From positions 11,013 to 75,012 of the forward strand of contig DUEY01000002.1 in the NCBI GenBank assembly GCA_011174795.1: 64,000 bases of DNA. The letters are read 5' to 3'. The notes beneath the pieces are model-generated. The model worked only from the letters and a program-made list of their open reading frames with translations, had not been told where the DNA came from and did not search any database. The position numbers and the translations under genes were made by a program. The stretch is from Dehalococcoidia bacterium. GTDB taxonomy: Bacteria > Chloroflexota > Dehalococcoidia > SZUA-161. Below are positions 1 through 9,101 of the stretch, one piece after another (the stretch's first letter is position 1; every line of letters begins with the position of its first letter).

Positions 1-153
1 GAATCCATGGTCATTTTTACACGATGAGAGGATGCTGCTCCAGCACCCCACCCGTTCTATTGTAAGCATGCGCCCTCGCGAAGTCCAGCCACACGCCTTG
101 ACCATACCGTTCGGTCATGGTTGGTATGATTCTTAAAGTATCGTGTTTTAAAA

Positions 154-211
154 CCGTTCGTGGTGAGCTTGTCGAACCATGAACGCCCTTCGACAGGCTC
201 AGGGCGAACGG
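154..211. repeat. 58-nt GC-rich compound hairpin / imperfect palindromic element (CCGTTCG..TGAGC..TGTCGAA-loop-TTCGACA..GCTCA..CGAACGG)
   Basis: Three stem segments (7+5+7 bp) are separated by small internal loops. A T-run follows on the minus strand and an A-run on the plus strand. Translating this element explains the short overlapping minus-strand ORFs 17..232 and 57..245. Confidence 0.4.
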
Positions 212-330
212 AAAATAATTGCCTAAACTCAACTATATACATCACCTAAAACCGAACGGTACCTTTACAGAGGCTAAACGCATACCCCAAACAGCTACCG
301 TCAAGACCCGGTTCATGTGATTGCCAACCG

Positions 331-360
331 TTGCCCCCCTTCGTCAATTTCAGGTATAAT
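331..360 (+). promoter_or_regulatory. sigma70-like promoter (TTGCCC-N18-TATAAT) for tRNA-Thr
   Basis: A consensus TATAAT -10 hexamer lies 17 nt upstream of the tRNA 5' end, with a weak -35 element. Confidence 0.4.
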
Positions 361-377
361 CAGTTGCGGGTTTTCAG

Positions 378-452
378 GCCAGCGTAGCTCAGCGGTAGAG
401 CAGCGGTTTCGTAAACCGCAGGCCGTCGGTTCGAATCCGACCGCTGGCTCCA
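378..452 (+). tRNA. tRNA-Thr (anticodon CGT)
   Basis: Cloverleaf with 7-bp acceptor stem GCCAGCG/CGCTGGC, D-arm GCTC..GAGC, anticodon loop TTCGTAA, T-loop GGTTCGAATCC and encoded CCA. Confidence 0.85.
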
Positions 453-472
453 CCTCTGGGGAATGAAATTTC

Positions 473-1333
473 GTGAGCAAAGTAGCAGTTGTTACCGACA
501 GCACATGCTGTCTCCCTGTTGAACTGATTAGGGACTACGATATCCACCTGGTACCCCTCTTTATAATCCACCAGGGCAAAAGTTACCGCGATGGAATCGA
601 CATAAGCCCTGACGAAGTCTACGAGATTATGCGGAGAAGAAAGGACTTACCCACCACCTCGACTCCATCAGCAGGAGACTTCCTCGAGGTATATCAACAG
701 TTGAGCCACGAGGCAGAGAGCATACTCTGCATAACCCTCACCGGGCAGCAGAGCAAAGTTTTCGAAGCCGCGCTCGTAGCCAAAGGAAAGTCGCAAGAAA
801 TGATACCGGGTACACCTATCGAGGTTATCGACAGCCGCGCTGTATCCGGCGCACTGGGCTTCGTCGTCCTCGAGGCCGCGCGGGTTGTCCGCCAGGGAGC
901 AGATTTAGCACAGGCAGCCGACGCCGCACGGGCCATGATCAGCAGAGTCAATCACATAGCCACACTGGACACACTCTACTATCTGGCGAGAACCGGTCGC
1001 ATTGGCAGAGCGGCGGCCTGGGCGGGCTCGGCACTGAATATAAAGCCTGTTGTCGAGCACTCCACCGCAATAGGTGAAACAAAGCCCGTGGCACGTCCCA
1101 GGACGAAGGTAAAAGCTGTTGAATGCCTGCTGAAGCTGATGGCAGAGAGAGTGGGCAACTCCAAAGTGCACGTCATTGTGCACCACGCCGGTGAACTGGA
1201 GGAAGGGAAAAAGCTCAAAGCAGAGATAGGAACCAGGTTTAACTGTGCGGAACTTCATCTCACAGAGTACACGCCGGGCATGGGGGTCCACGCCGGGCCC
1301 GGAGTACTTGCTATCTCCTTTTACACCGAGTAA
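473..1333 (+). CDS. DegV family fatty-acid-binding protein
   Basis: The N-terminus (KVAVVTDSTCCLP, then DGIDISPDEVYEIM) matches DegV/DUF194 family architecture. GTG start. Confidence 0.8.
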   Translation: MSKVAVVTDSTCCLPVELIRDYDIHLVPLFIIHQGKSYRDGIDISPDEVYEIMRRRKDLPTTSTPSAGDFLEVYQQLSHEAESILCITLTGQQSKVFEAALVAKGKSQEMIPGTPIEVIDSRAVSGALGFVVLEAARVVRQGADLAQAADAARAMISRVNHIATLDTLYYLARTGRIGRAAAWAGSALNIKPVVEHSTAIGETKPVARPRTKVKAVECLLKLMAERVGNSKVHVIVHHAGELEEGKKLKAEIGTRFNCAELHLTEYTPGMGVHAGPGVLAISFYTE

Positions 1334-1383
1334 GATGTTTACCCCATCAGGCAGTATCAACTAACAGCAAGCTGGGAGGGGGT

Positions 1384-2175
1384 ATGAGCAAACTACTAGA
1401 GAAGTTAGAGCTGCTATCCGAGGGAAGAGCCCAGCCCCTGGGTTTCGGGGCTGCTGCAGCCCGGGCAAAGAGCCCTCAGATGGTGGTAGTAGCCAGCGTA
1501 CCCGCGGGGGATATCAAGCTGGTAACGACAACCATAAAAGCAGGTGCCGATGCGGTATTAGTGACTATTGAGCATGAGTCCAAGAAGGAAGAGGCCCTGT
1601 CTCAACTCAGTAGGACTAAAATTGAGATTCCATGGGGTGTTTCACTGGACAAGGTAACAAGGGAAGAGGCCAGGCAACTCGCTGAGATAGGTTGTGACTT
1701 CGTCGTCTTCGCCCCTGCCGAGACACCGGCAGCGCTTTTAGGCGAGGAGAAAATCGGTAAAGTACTTCGGCTCGACGCTTCTCTGGAAGATAGCCTCACC
1801 AGGACTATAAACCGCCTCTCCGTCGACGCCATACTCCTCAGTCGGGCAGGTGAGGAGCAGTCTCCGCTTACCGTGCATCAACTCATGGTCTACGAGCGTC
1901 TTGCCGCCAGTGCGGGGAAGTACCTTCTCGCAGACATGCCGCCAGGATTGCCAACTGACGATGTAGAGAGCCTGTGGGAACTGGGGGTACGTGGTTTAGT
2001 GGTAGACCTGGCAGTTAAGGACCCCGAGCAGAGGCTGTCGCAGGTGCAGGAAGCGATTCAAAAGCTGCCGACAACCAGAAAAAAGAAAAGAGGGGGAATC
2101 GCCGCGACTCTACCTCTGGCAGGAGCGCAGTCAGAGATAACACAACCTGATGAAGATGATGAAGAGGATATCTAG
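1384..2175 (+). CDS. hypothetical protein with acidic C-terminal tail (possibly HpcH/HpaI aldolase/citrate-lyase-like TIM barrel; weak)
   Basis: Clean 263-aa ORF with an SD-like GGGAGGGGG upstream. No motif recognised with confidence. Confidence 0.45.
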   Translation: MSKLLEKLELLSEGRAQPLGFGAAAARAKSPQMVVVASVPAGDIKLVTTTIKAGADAVLVTIEHESKKEEALSQLSRTKIEIPWGVSLDKVTREEARQLAEIGCDFVVFAPAETPAALLGEEKIGKVLRLDASLEDSLTRTINRLSVDAILLSRAGEEQSPLTVHQLMVYERLAASAGKYLLADMPPGLPTDDVESLWELGVRGLVVDLAVKDPEQRLSQVQEAIQKLPTTRKKKRGGIAATLPLAGAQSEITQPDEDDEEDI

Positions 2176-2471
2176 CCCAGTATGAAAGCCAGTACGATGA
2201 GAACGAGAATCATGACCCCTGCCAGCAAACTGATCTTCCTCAGGTCATCCCTCACGTACTGATAGCCGTGCGCTGCCCGCTTCAACCCCGGTTTCGCTTT
2301 CGGTGCAGCTTTTGCCTCCGGGCTCTTAACGGGCGTGGGTTCAGCTACCTCCTGAGTCTGCTGTACGGGAAGTGCTCCCGTTGCTACAGGGAGTTTGCTC
2401 CGCTTCTTCTTCTTGCTCGCCCTGCTCAACTCCGAGTACTTGGCGGCTCTTCTGCGTGACTTCTTGGCCAT
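2172..2471 (-). CDS. small lysine-rich C-terminally anchored membrane protein (hypothetical)
   Basis: Internal Met of the 201-aa track ORF was chosen so that the gene does not overlap the divergent radical SAM gene. It has a K/R-rich N-terminal region and a single C-terminal TM helix (ISLLAGVMILVLIVLAFILG). Confidence 0.3.
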   Translation of the reverse strand: MAKKSRRRAAKYSELSRASKKKKRSKLPVATGALPVQQTQEVAEPTPVKSPEAKAAPKAKPGLKRAAHGYQYVRDDLRKISLLAGVMILVLIVLAFILG

Positions 2472-2642
2472 CCTACTTATCGCCCTGAACCCTTCACAGG
2501 CTTTGTCCAATTCTATCTCTTCAAGAGCGCTTTGGCAAGCGTCCCTGAAAATCTGTAAAGAGATAGACACAACCCCTGAGATATGATAGACTCTCGCTTG
2601 CCCCCGCTTTTTTAGGCAGGCTTGTTTTTGGGAGAGGATAGG

Positions 2643-3665
2643 ATGCGCGAGGCGATGCTCTACGAGAAACTGGCTGATGCCACCGTTCGCTGCAACGTAT
2701 GCCAGTGGCGCTGCATCATCAGGCCTGAAAAGTCCGGCCTTTGCCAGGTTCGGAAAAATACGGATGGCGTCCTCCATATCCTGAACTACGCCGAGGTGTC
2801 ATCAGTTGCAGTAGACCCCATCGAGAAGAAGCCGCTGTTCCACTTCCATCCCACCAGCATGGCCTTTTCCATCGGGGGCTGGGGCTGCAATTTTCACTGC
2901 AAGCACTGTCAGAACTGGGATATCTCATGCCAGACGCCATGGGAAAACAAGCAGGGCTCGAAACAAATATCGCCCGAGGAGTCAATCGCTCTCACCAAAC
3001 GCCACGGCTGTGAGGGGATCGCCTGGACCTATAACGAGCCCGGCATCTGGCTGGAATATACACTGGATGCGGCAAAGCTCGCCAAGGCAGAGGGACTATA
3101 TACCGTATATGTGACCAACGGCTACTCGACTCCCGAGGCGCTTGATGCTATAGGGCCTTACCTCGACGCCTGGAGAGTCGACGTCAAGGGATTCTCCGAC
3201 TCCTTCTACAGGCAACTGGCTAAGATACCGCAGTGGCGGGGCATACTGGAGGTCGCCGAAAGAGCGCAGGAGAAATGGGGCATGCATGTCGAGGTGGTGA
3301 CCAACATAATTCCTACCATGAACGACGACGATGAACAGCTTAAGGGTATCGCCACCTGGATACGCGACCGCCTGGGCGAACTGACTCCCTGGCATGTAAC
3401 CCGGTTCTACCCGCATCATAACCTTCAGCACCTCCCGCCGACTCCAGTAGCGACCATCGAGCATGCCTACAGTATCGGACAAAAGGCAGGCCTTCGCTTC
3501 ATTTACGTGGGCAACCTCCACGGCCACAGCGGAGAGAATACAACCTGCTACTCCTGCGGGCGGATTGTAGTACAGCGTATGGGATACCAGACCGAGCCAG
3601 TGGGGCTGGACGGCTCCACGTGCCGCTTCTGCGGAGCGGAACTGAATTTTAGGGTGAAACCCTGA
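2643..3665 (+). CDS. amrS: AmmeMemoRadiSam system radical SAM enzyme (AmrS)
   Basis: Radical SAM CxxxCxxC motif (CNFHCKHC). N-terminal Cys cluster (CNVCQWRC) and C-terminal Cys-rich tail (CYSCGR...CRFCG) are typical of AmrS. It lies adjacent to a Memo/AMMECR1 gene. Confidence 0.85.
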   Translation: MREAMLYEKLADATVRCNVCQWRCIIRPEKSGLCQVRKNTDGVLHILNYAEVSSVAVDPIEKKPLFHFHPTSMAFSIGGWGCNFHCKHCQNWDISCQTPWENKQGSKQISPEESIALTKRHGCEGIAWTYNEPGIWLEYTLDAAKLAKAEGLYTVYVTNGYSTPEALDAIGPYLDAWRVDVKGFSDSFYRQLAKIPQWRGILEVAERAQEKWGMHVEVVTNIIPTMNDDDEQLKGIATWIRDRLGELTPWHVTRFYPHHNLQHLPPTPVATIEHAYSIGQKAGLRFIYVGNLHGHSGENTTCYSCGRIVVQRMGYQTEPVGLDGSTCRFCGAELNFRVKP

Positions 3666-3680
3666 AGGGAGGAGGCTGCG

Positions 3681-5018
3681 ATGATCAGAGAACCGGTCGT
3701 AGCCGGGAGTTTCTATCCGGGCAAGCCCTCTTCGTTGGAAGCTGAGATTAAAGGGTTCACCGACGAGAAGGCCCCGAAAAAAGATGTTATTGGACTTGTC
3801 TCGCCTCATGCCGGATATATGTACTCCGGAGCGGTGGCTGGCGCTACAATCTCCCGGATTAAGTTCAAGGGCACATTTATCATCCTGGGCCCCAGCCACA
3901 CCGGGAGGGGCAAGCCCTTCAGCATTATGACCGAAGGCTCATGGAGGACGCCATTCGGCGAGGTGGAAATCGACTCCACGCTGGGGAAAGCGATACTTGC
4001 CAGGTCAAGACACCTCGAAGAGGACGCCGTTGCGCATCTCTATGAGCACTCCATCGAAGTCCAGCTACCCTTCCTCCAGTATTTCAAACGGGACATCAAA
4101 ATAGTGCCCATTGTCCTTTCACTCGCCCCCCCGTTTCTCTACACGGAGATCGGCGAGGAGATAGCCGATGTAATCATGAAGTCAAGGACCAAGCCGGTAA
4201 TCATCGCCAGCAGCGATATGACTCACTACGAGCCCCAGGAATCAGCCAAAAAGAAGGATACCGAGGCTATCAATGCGATATTGAACCTGGATGAAGACGA
4301 GCTCATGAGGCTGGTAATTGAGCGGAATCTGACGATGTGCGGGTACGCGCCGACGGCGGTCCTCATCGCAGCCGCTAAGAAGCTGGGAACAAAGGGGGCG
4401 GAACTCGTCGATTATAAGACAAGCGGCGACGTTACCAAAGACTACTCCAGCGTAGTAGGCTATGCGGGGATATTGATACTTAAGGGCAGAGCAAAGAAAG
4501 CGAAACCGAAGAAGATACACCCGCTGCCCAATCTGGCTAAGGAGACCGTTGAAAGCTATGTCAAAGATGGAAAGCTTCCCCGTCCCAAAGCGCTGACATC
4601 CACGATGAAAAAGCGGGCGGGCGTTTTCGTCACCATCAAGAAGCATGGCGAGCTGAGAGGCTGCATCGGCACCATAGAGCCCACGCAGCCCAACGTCGCC
4701 GAGGAGATAATCAGGAACGCAGTAAGCTCGTCAACACGCGACCCCCGCTTCCCTCCGGTGACGGCCAAGGAGCTGCCCGACTTGACCTACAGCGTCGATG
4801 TCCTCACCAAGCCCAAGCCGGTGTCAAGCGAAGAGCAGCTCGACCCGAAGAGATACGGCGTCATCGTGGAGATCGGACAGCGGCGCGGTCTGCTCCTCCC
4901 CAACCTGGAGGGAGTTGACACTATAGAGCAGCAGATAAGCATCTGCCGCCAGAAGGCAGGGATAGCTCCCGAAGAGCCGGTGAAGCTCTACAGGTTCGAG
5001 GTAAAGAGGTACAAGTAG
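3681..5018 (+). CDS. fused AmmeMemoRadiSam system protein B (Memo-like) and protein A (AMMECR1 domain)
   Basis: N-terminal Memo1 signature (VAGSFYPG...SPHAGYMYSG). The C-terminal ~180 aa form an AMMECR1 domain (RAGVFVTIKKHGELRGCIGTIEP). A Lys-rich linker (KGRAKKAKPKK) joins the two. Confidence 0.85.
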   Translation: MIREPVVAGSFYPGKPSSLEAEIKGFTDEKAPKKDVIGLVSPHAGYMYSGAVAGATISRIKFKGTFIILGPSHTGRGKPFSIMTEGSWRTPFGEVEIDSTLGKAILARSRHLEEDAVAHLYEHSIEVQLPFLQYFKRDIKIVPIVLSLAPPFLYTEIGEEIADVIMKSRTKPVIIASSDMTHYEPQESAKKKDTEAINAILNLDEDELMRLVIERNLTMCGYAPTAVLIAAAKKLGTKGAELVDYKTSGDVTKDYSSVVGYAGILILKGRAKKAKPKKIHPLPNLAKETVESYVKDGKLPRPKALTSTMKKRAGVFVTIKKHGELRGCIGTIEPTQPNVAEEIIRNAVSSSTRDPRFPPVTAKELPDLTYSVDVLTKPKPVSSEEQLDPKRYGVIVEIGQRRGLLLPNLEGVDTIEQQISICRQKAGIAPEEPVKLYRFEVKRYK

Positions 5019-5025
5019 CGAGTCG

Positions 5026-6384
5026 ATGAAAAGCCAGAAGAAGAGCCCGGACCTCTTCCGACACGTCAGCGACAGACAGCTGGCGAATGATGCGCCCCTC
5101 GCCGCCCGCATGAGGCCGAGGAATTTCGCCGAGTTCGTGGGCCAGGAGCACATGATAGGGGAAGAGCACGTGCTGAGGAAGAGCATCGAGGCCGACCAGC
5201 TTCCCTCAATCATCTTCTGGGGCCCGCCTGGGAGCGGCAAGACCACCCTCGCCCATATCATCGCCAGTGTCACCAAGTCGCATTTCAGCCCTATATCCGC
5301 GGTGGCGGCAGGCGTCGCTGACCTGCGCCGCGTGGTGGACGAGGCTATGGAGCGCCGCGGCATGTACCAGCAGAGGACCGTCCTCTTCATCGACGAGATA
5401 CACCGCTTCAACAAAGCGCAGCAGGACGCCATACTTCCTTACGTCGAGAACGGCACCATCACCCTGATAGGCGCTACCACCGAAAACCCCTCCTTCGAGG
5501 TAATCGCACCCCTGCTCTCGCGCTGCCGCGTGTTCACCCTGAACGCGCTCACCGATGAACAGGTCAGGCTCATAGTCCAGCAGGCGCTGGAAGACAAAGA
5601 GCGGGGCCTGGGGAATATGAAGGTAGAACTGGACGACGACGCCCTTGACTTCCTGTTAGTTATGTCAAATGGAGACGCCAGGGTTGCGCTCAATGCCCTG
5701 GAGCTCGCCGCCACAACAGCCCTGCCCTCGAAGGACGGCAAGCGCCGTATTAAGCTCAGCGACATCGAGGATGCCCTCCAGCACCACGCCCTGCTCTACG
5801 ATAGAGCCGGAGAGGAGCATTACAACATCATCTCCGCCCTTCATAAGTCGCTGCGGGACTCCGACCCCGACGGCGCTCTCTACTGGCTGGGGCGGATGCT
5901 GGAGGCCGGAGAGGACCCTCTTTACATCGCCCGGCGGCTGGTCAGGTTCGCCTCAGAGGACGTGGGCATGGCCGACCCCCAGGCGCTGGTCATCGCCACC
6001 TCCGCCCAGCAGGCAGTTCATTTCATCGGCATGCCGGAAGGCAACCTGGCACTGGCTCAGGCTGTGGTCTACCTCGCTACCGCGCCCAAGAGCAACTCCC
6101 TGTACAAGGCCTACACCAGCGTACAGCAGGACGTGGAGAAGACGAGAGCTGAGCCGGTCCCGCTCCACCTGCGCAACCCCGTAACGCCCCTGATGAAAAA
6201 GATGGGCTACGGCAAAGACTATAAGTACGCCCACAATTTCCCGAGGCATTTCGTCAGGCAGCAGCATCTCCCCGACCGGCTCAAAGGAAGGACATACTAC
6301 GAGCCCAGCAACCAGGGCTTCGAGCAAGAGATCGAGGAACGACTCAAGAAGTGGCGCAGCAAGGGAAAAGAGGACGTAAAGTAG
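5026..6384 (+). CDS. rarA: replication-associated recombination protein A (AAA+ ATPase)
   Basis: Walker A motif GPPGSGKTTLA, then the MgsA/RarA C-terminal region (LHKSLRDSDPDGALYWLGRML). Confidence 0.9.
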   Translation: MKSQKKSPDLFRHVSDRQLANDAPLAARMRPRNFAEFVGQEHMIGEEHVLRKSIEADQLPSIIFWGPPGSGKTTLAHIIASVTKSHFSPISAVAAGVADLRRVVDEAMERRGMYQQRTVLFIDEIHRFNKAQQDAILPYVENGTITLIGATTENPSFEVIAPLLSRCRVFTLNALTDEQVRLIVQQALEDKERGLGNMKVELDDDALDFLLVMSNGDARVALNALELAATTALPSKDGKRRIKLSDIEDALQHHALLYDRAGEEHYNIISALHKSLRDSDPDGALYWLGRMLEAGEDPLYIARRLVRFASEDVGMADPQALVIATSAQQAVHFIGMPEGNLALAQAVVYLATAPKSNSLYKAYTSVQQDVEKTRAEPVPLHLRNPVTPLMKKMGYGKDYKYAHNFPRHFVRQQHLPDRLKGRTYYEPSNQGFEQEIEERLKKWRSKGKEDVK

Positions 6385-6485
6385 CAAACCACATCTTCAG
6401 CATAAAAAGCCCCGGATTTCGACTACAGGGCATCTGACAGGACATTAGCGCACCACCCAGTCGGCAGGTTCAAGGAAGCTAAGCT

Positions 6486-7133
6486 ATGAGTGAAACCAGG
6501 GCAACATTTCCCTGCGATAACCTATCCCTCGAGGGGGTCTACAACGTCCCCGACGGCGAAGGCCACTTTGCCGCGGTGGTGGTCTGCCATCCCCATCCCC
6601 TCTATGGGGGCATGATGGACAACAATGTCGTCATCGCCGTCTGCCAGGCCCTGGCACAGGCGTCCATCATCTCCCTGAGGTTTAACTTCCGCGGCGTTGG
6701 TTTGAGCCAGGGGCAGCATGACAATAGCATCGGCGAGCAGGACGATATCGGCGCGGCGCTCTCCTTTATCGCGTCGCTCGAGCAGGTCGACCGTGAGAGG
6801 CTCGGGCTTTGCGGTTACTCCTTCGGCGCCGGCGTTGCCCTCGACGTCGCTGCCAGGGATGAGCGGGTGAAGGCACTGGCGCTGGTGTCGCCTCTACTTT
6901 CCCACCCCTCGCCCATAGAGAGCTATGGCAAGCCGAAGCTTCTCCTGTGGGGCAGCAGGGACCTCGCACTGCCCGCCGCTGACCTCAAGAGCTTCACCGA
7001 CGAGCTCCCGGAGCCCAGGCAATACGAGATAATCTCGGGAGCCGACCACTTCTGGTGGGGCTACGAGGGTGAGATAGCTCCCCGGATTGCCACCTTCTTT
7101 ACAGACACGCTTCACCCTGATTCGCAGAGCTAG
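6486..7133 (+). CDS. alpha/beta hydrolase (dienelactone-hydrolase-like)
   Basis: GxSxG nucleophile elbow (GYSFGAG). Overall length and pattern fit an alpha/beta hydrolase fold. Confidence 0.65.
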   Translation: MSETRATFPCDNLSLEGVYNVPDGEGHFAAVVVCHPHPLYGGMMDNNVVIAVCQALAQASIISLRFNFRGVGLSQGQHDNSIGEQDDIGAALSFIASLEQVDRERLGLCGYSFGAGVALDVAARDERVKALALVSPLLSHPSPIESYGKPKLLLWGSRDLALPAADLKSFTDELPEPRQYEIISGADHFWWGYEGEIAPRIATFFTDTLHPDSQS

Positions 7134-7582
7134 GGCATCTCCCCCCATTCAACAGACATCTTCCGTACATCCCTCCCACTATCGCCGAGACGGCGGCGAA
7201 ACTCTGTGAACGATGGCGCGGTGGGGAAATAGACCAGGTGGGAAACACACCCACATCCCGAGGAGCCGAAGCCAGCGACCGGCACCTTGGCCTGAGATAT
7301 ACCTGCTGCAGCCTGATACCAGCGACACTCGAGACTTTCATCGGAAACCAGATACCAGACCTCGACCACCCTCGCCTCCCGCCTCAGATAATCGATGTGC
7401 CAGTGGAGCTTGTTGCCACCCTTAATATGCCGCCTGACCCGGGGGAAAAGACCTCCCAGCGCGCTGCCAGCGTAGAGATAGTAACCCGCAGGGAAGGAAA
7501 ACTTGGTCAGCTTCCCCACAGTGATGGCAGAGTCTTTATCCAGAGCTAGGATAAGGGCGTACGTGCCCCTAGCAGGCTTCAC
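7130..7582 (-). CDS. DUF123 domain protein (GIY-YIG-like nuclease superfamily)
   Basis: Pattern GTYALILAL...GKL..F.AGYYLYAGSA...HWHIDYL is characteristic of DUF123. Confidence 0.55.
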   Translation of the reverse strand: MKPARGTYALILALDKDSAITVGKLTKFSFPAGYYLYAGSALGGLFPRVRRHIKGGNKLHWHIDYLRREARVVEVWYLVSDESLECRWYQAAAGISQAKVPVAGFGSSGCGCVSHLVYFPTAPSFTEFRRRLGDSGRDVRKMSVEWGEMP

Positions 7583-7682
7583 AATGCGATTCTAGGCTCC
7601 CCGCAGGCGGGTGTCAATTGAATGCCCCTACCGTATATGCTAAACTCGGAATCGTAAATAAAGGTGTCTTAAGCAGAGTACA

Positions 7683-8168
7683 ATGGCGAGACCACAGGTG
7701 CTTAACCACAGAGTGATAAAGGGGCTGCCCCTGCTGCTGACCGCCTTAGCGGTAATCGGTATCGACCAGCTCAGCAAGTGCCTGATCAGGGCCAATATGG
7801 ACCTAGGGCAGTCAATTCCCGAAGAGGGCATAGTGCGGCTCACCTACACCACCAATACCGGGGGGGCATTCGGGCTCTTCGCCAACCAGGCACTCCTTCT
7901 GGCAATAGTGGCCATCATCGGGATCGTGGTTCTCGTACTCTATCTGCGCTACCTGCCACCGGGGAGCAAGCTGCTCAAGGCAGGCCTCGGGCTCGACCTG
8001 GGAGGCGCTATAGGCAACCTTATCGACCGTATTCGCTTCGGGGAAGTCACCGATTTCATAGACGTAGGCTTCTGGCCGGTATTCAACCTCGCCGATTCGT
8101 CCATAGTCATCGGCACCTTCCTTATCGCCCTGTACCTGCTGCTCTCCGCCAGAAAGAGAGTCAGTTAA
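7683..8168 (+). CDS. lspA: lipoprotein signal peptidase (signal peptidase II)
   Basis: Conserved NTGGAFG and FNLADS motifs plus multiple TM helices. Confidence 0.85.
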   Translation: MARPQVLNHRVIKGLPLLLTALAVIGIDQLSKCLIRANMDLGQSIPEEGIVRLTYTTNTGGAFGLFANQALLLAIVAIIGIVVLVLYLRYLPPGSKLLKAGLGLDLGGAIGNLIDRIRFGEVTDFIDVGFWPVFNLADSSIVIGTFLIALYLLLSARKRVS

Positions 8169-8178
8169 GCGGCTTCTC

Positions 8179-9087
8179 ATGAACAAGCGGCTCGAATTTA
8201 CCGTAGACAGCCACGGCAGTCGCCTCGACAGGTATATAGCAGAGCACTGCCAGATATCACGTGCCTATGCCCATAAATTAATCGATGACGGCCATGTCCT
8301 CGTTAACGGCCACCACGCCAAAGCGAGCCACAGGCTCAACCCCGGCGAAAGCATCGAAGTCACCCTGCCACCCCCTGCGCCGATTGCCCTGACACCTGAG
8401 GCCATCCCGCTTAACGTTGTCTATGAGGATAACGACGTCATAGTAATCGACAAGCCGGCGGGACTGCTCGTTCACCCCGCTGCGGGACAGCGCAGCGGCA
8501 CGCTGGTAAACGCCCTCCTCGCCCGCTGCCCTGACCTCGGTGGAATCGACGGCTCCCTTCGCCCCGGCATCGTGCACCGGCTGGATAAGGATACCTCTGG
8601 GCTGATAATGGCGGCAAAGAACGACGCCGCCCAGATGAGCCTTTCACGCCAGATCAAGCAACGCACGATTACAAAGGGATACATAGCGCTGGTTTCAGGG
8701 CGCCTTTCCCCCGAGCGAGGCGCCATCGAGGCACCCGTTGGCCGCAACCCCAGGGACAGGAAACGTATGGCGGTTGTCTCCGGAGGCAGAGAGGCACGCA
8801 CAGAATATAAAGTGATGAAGTACCTAGAAGGCTACACCCTGCTCGAGGTAATGCCGGAAACAGGGCGCACTCACCAGATAAGGGTGCACCTCGCGGCGAT
8901 AGGACATCCTGTCTTCGGCGACCCTGTCTACGGGAAAAAGTCGCCCCTGTTGAGGCGGCAGTTCCTCCACGCCCACCGCCTCGGCTTCAGACTGCCCTCA
9001 AGCAGCGAGTATGTGGAGTTCAGTTCAGAGCTGCCCACGGAGCTGGAGGAAGTGCTGGAACGTGTCACCAGAGAGGCTAACGGTTAG
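8179..9087 (+). CDS. rluD: RluA-family 23S rRNA pseudouridine synthase (RluD-like)
   Basis: N-terminal S4 domain and catalytic motif HRLDKDTSGL. Confidence 0.85.
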   Translation: MNKRLEFTVDSHGSRLDRYIAEHCQISRAYAHKLIDDGHVLVNGHHAKASHRLNPGESIEVTLPPPAPIALTPEAIPLNVVYEDNDVIVIDKPAGLLVHPAAGQRSGTLVNALLARCPDLGGIDGSLRPGIVHRLDKDTSGLIMAAKNDAAQMSLSRQIKQRTITKGYIALVSGRLSPERGAIEAPVGRNPRDRKRMAVVSGGREARTEYKVMKYLEGYTLLEVMPETGRTHQIRVHLAAIGHPVFGDPVYGKKSPLLRRQFLHAHRLGFRLPSSSEYVEFSSELPTELEEVLERVTREANG

Positions 9088-9101
9088 CTATATCGTCTAT
9101 C

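Noticed and set aside
17-245. Two overlapping minus-strand ORFs (71 and 62 aa) at the window start
   Set aside because: Both are translations of the 58-nt hairpin element and its flanks. They have no start context or homology, so they are likely non-coding.
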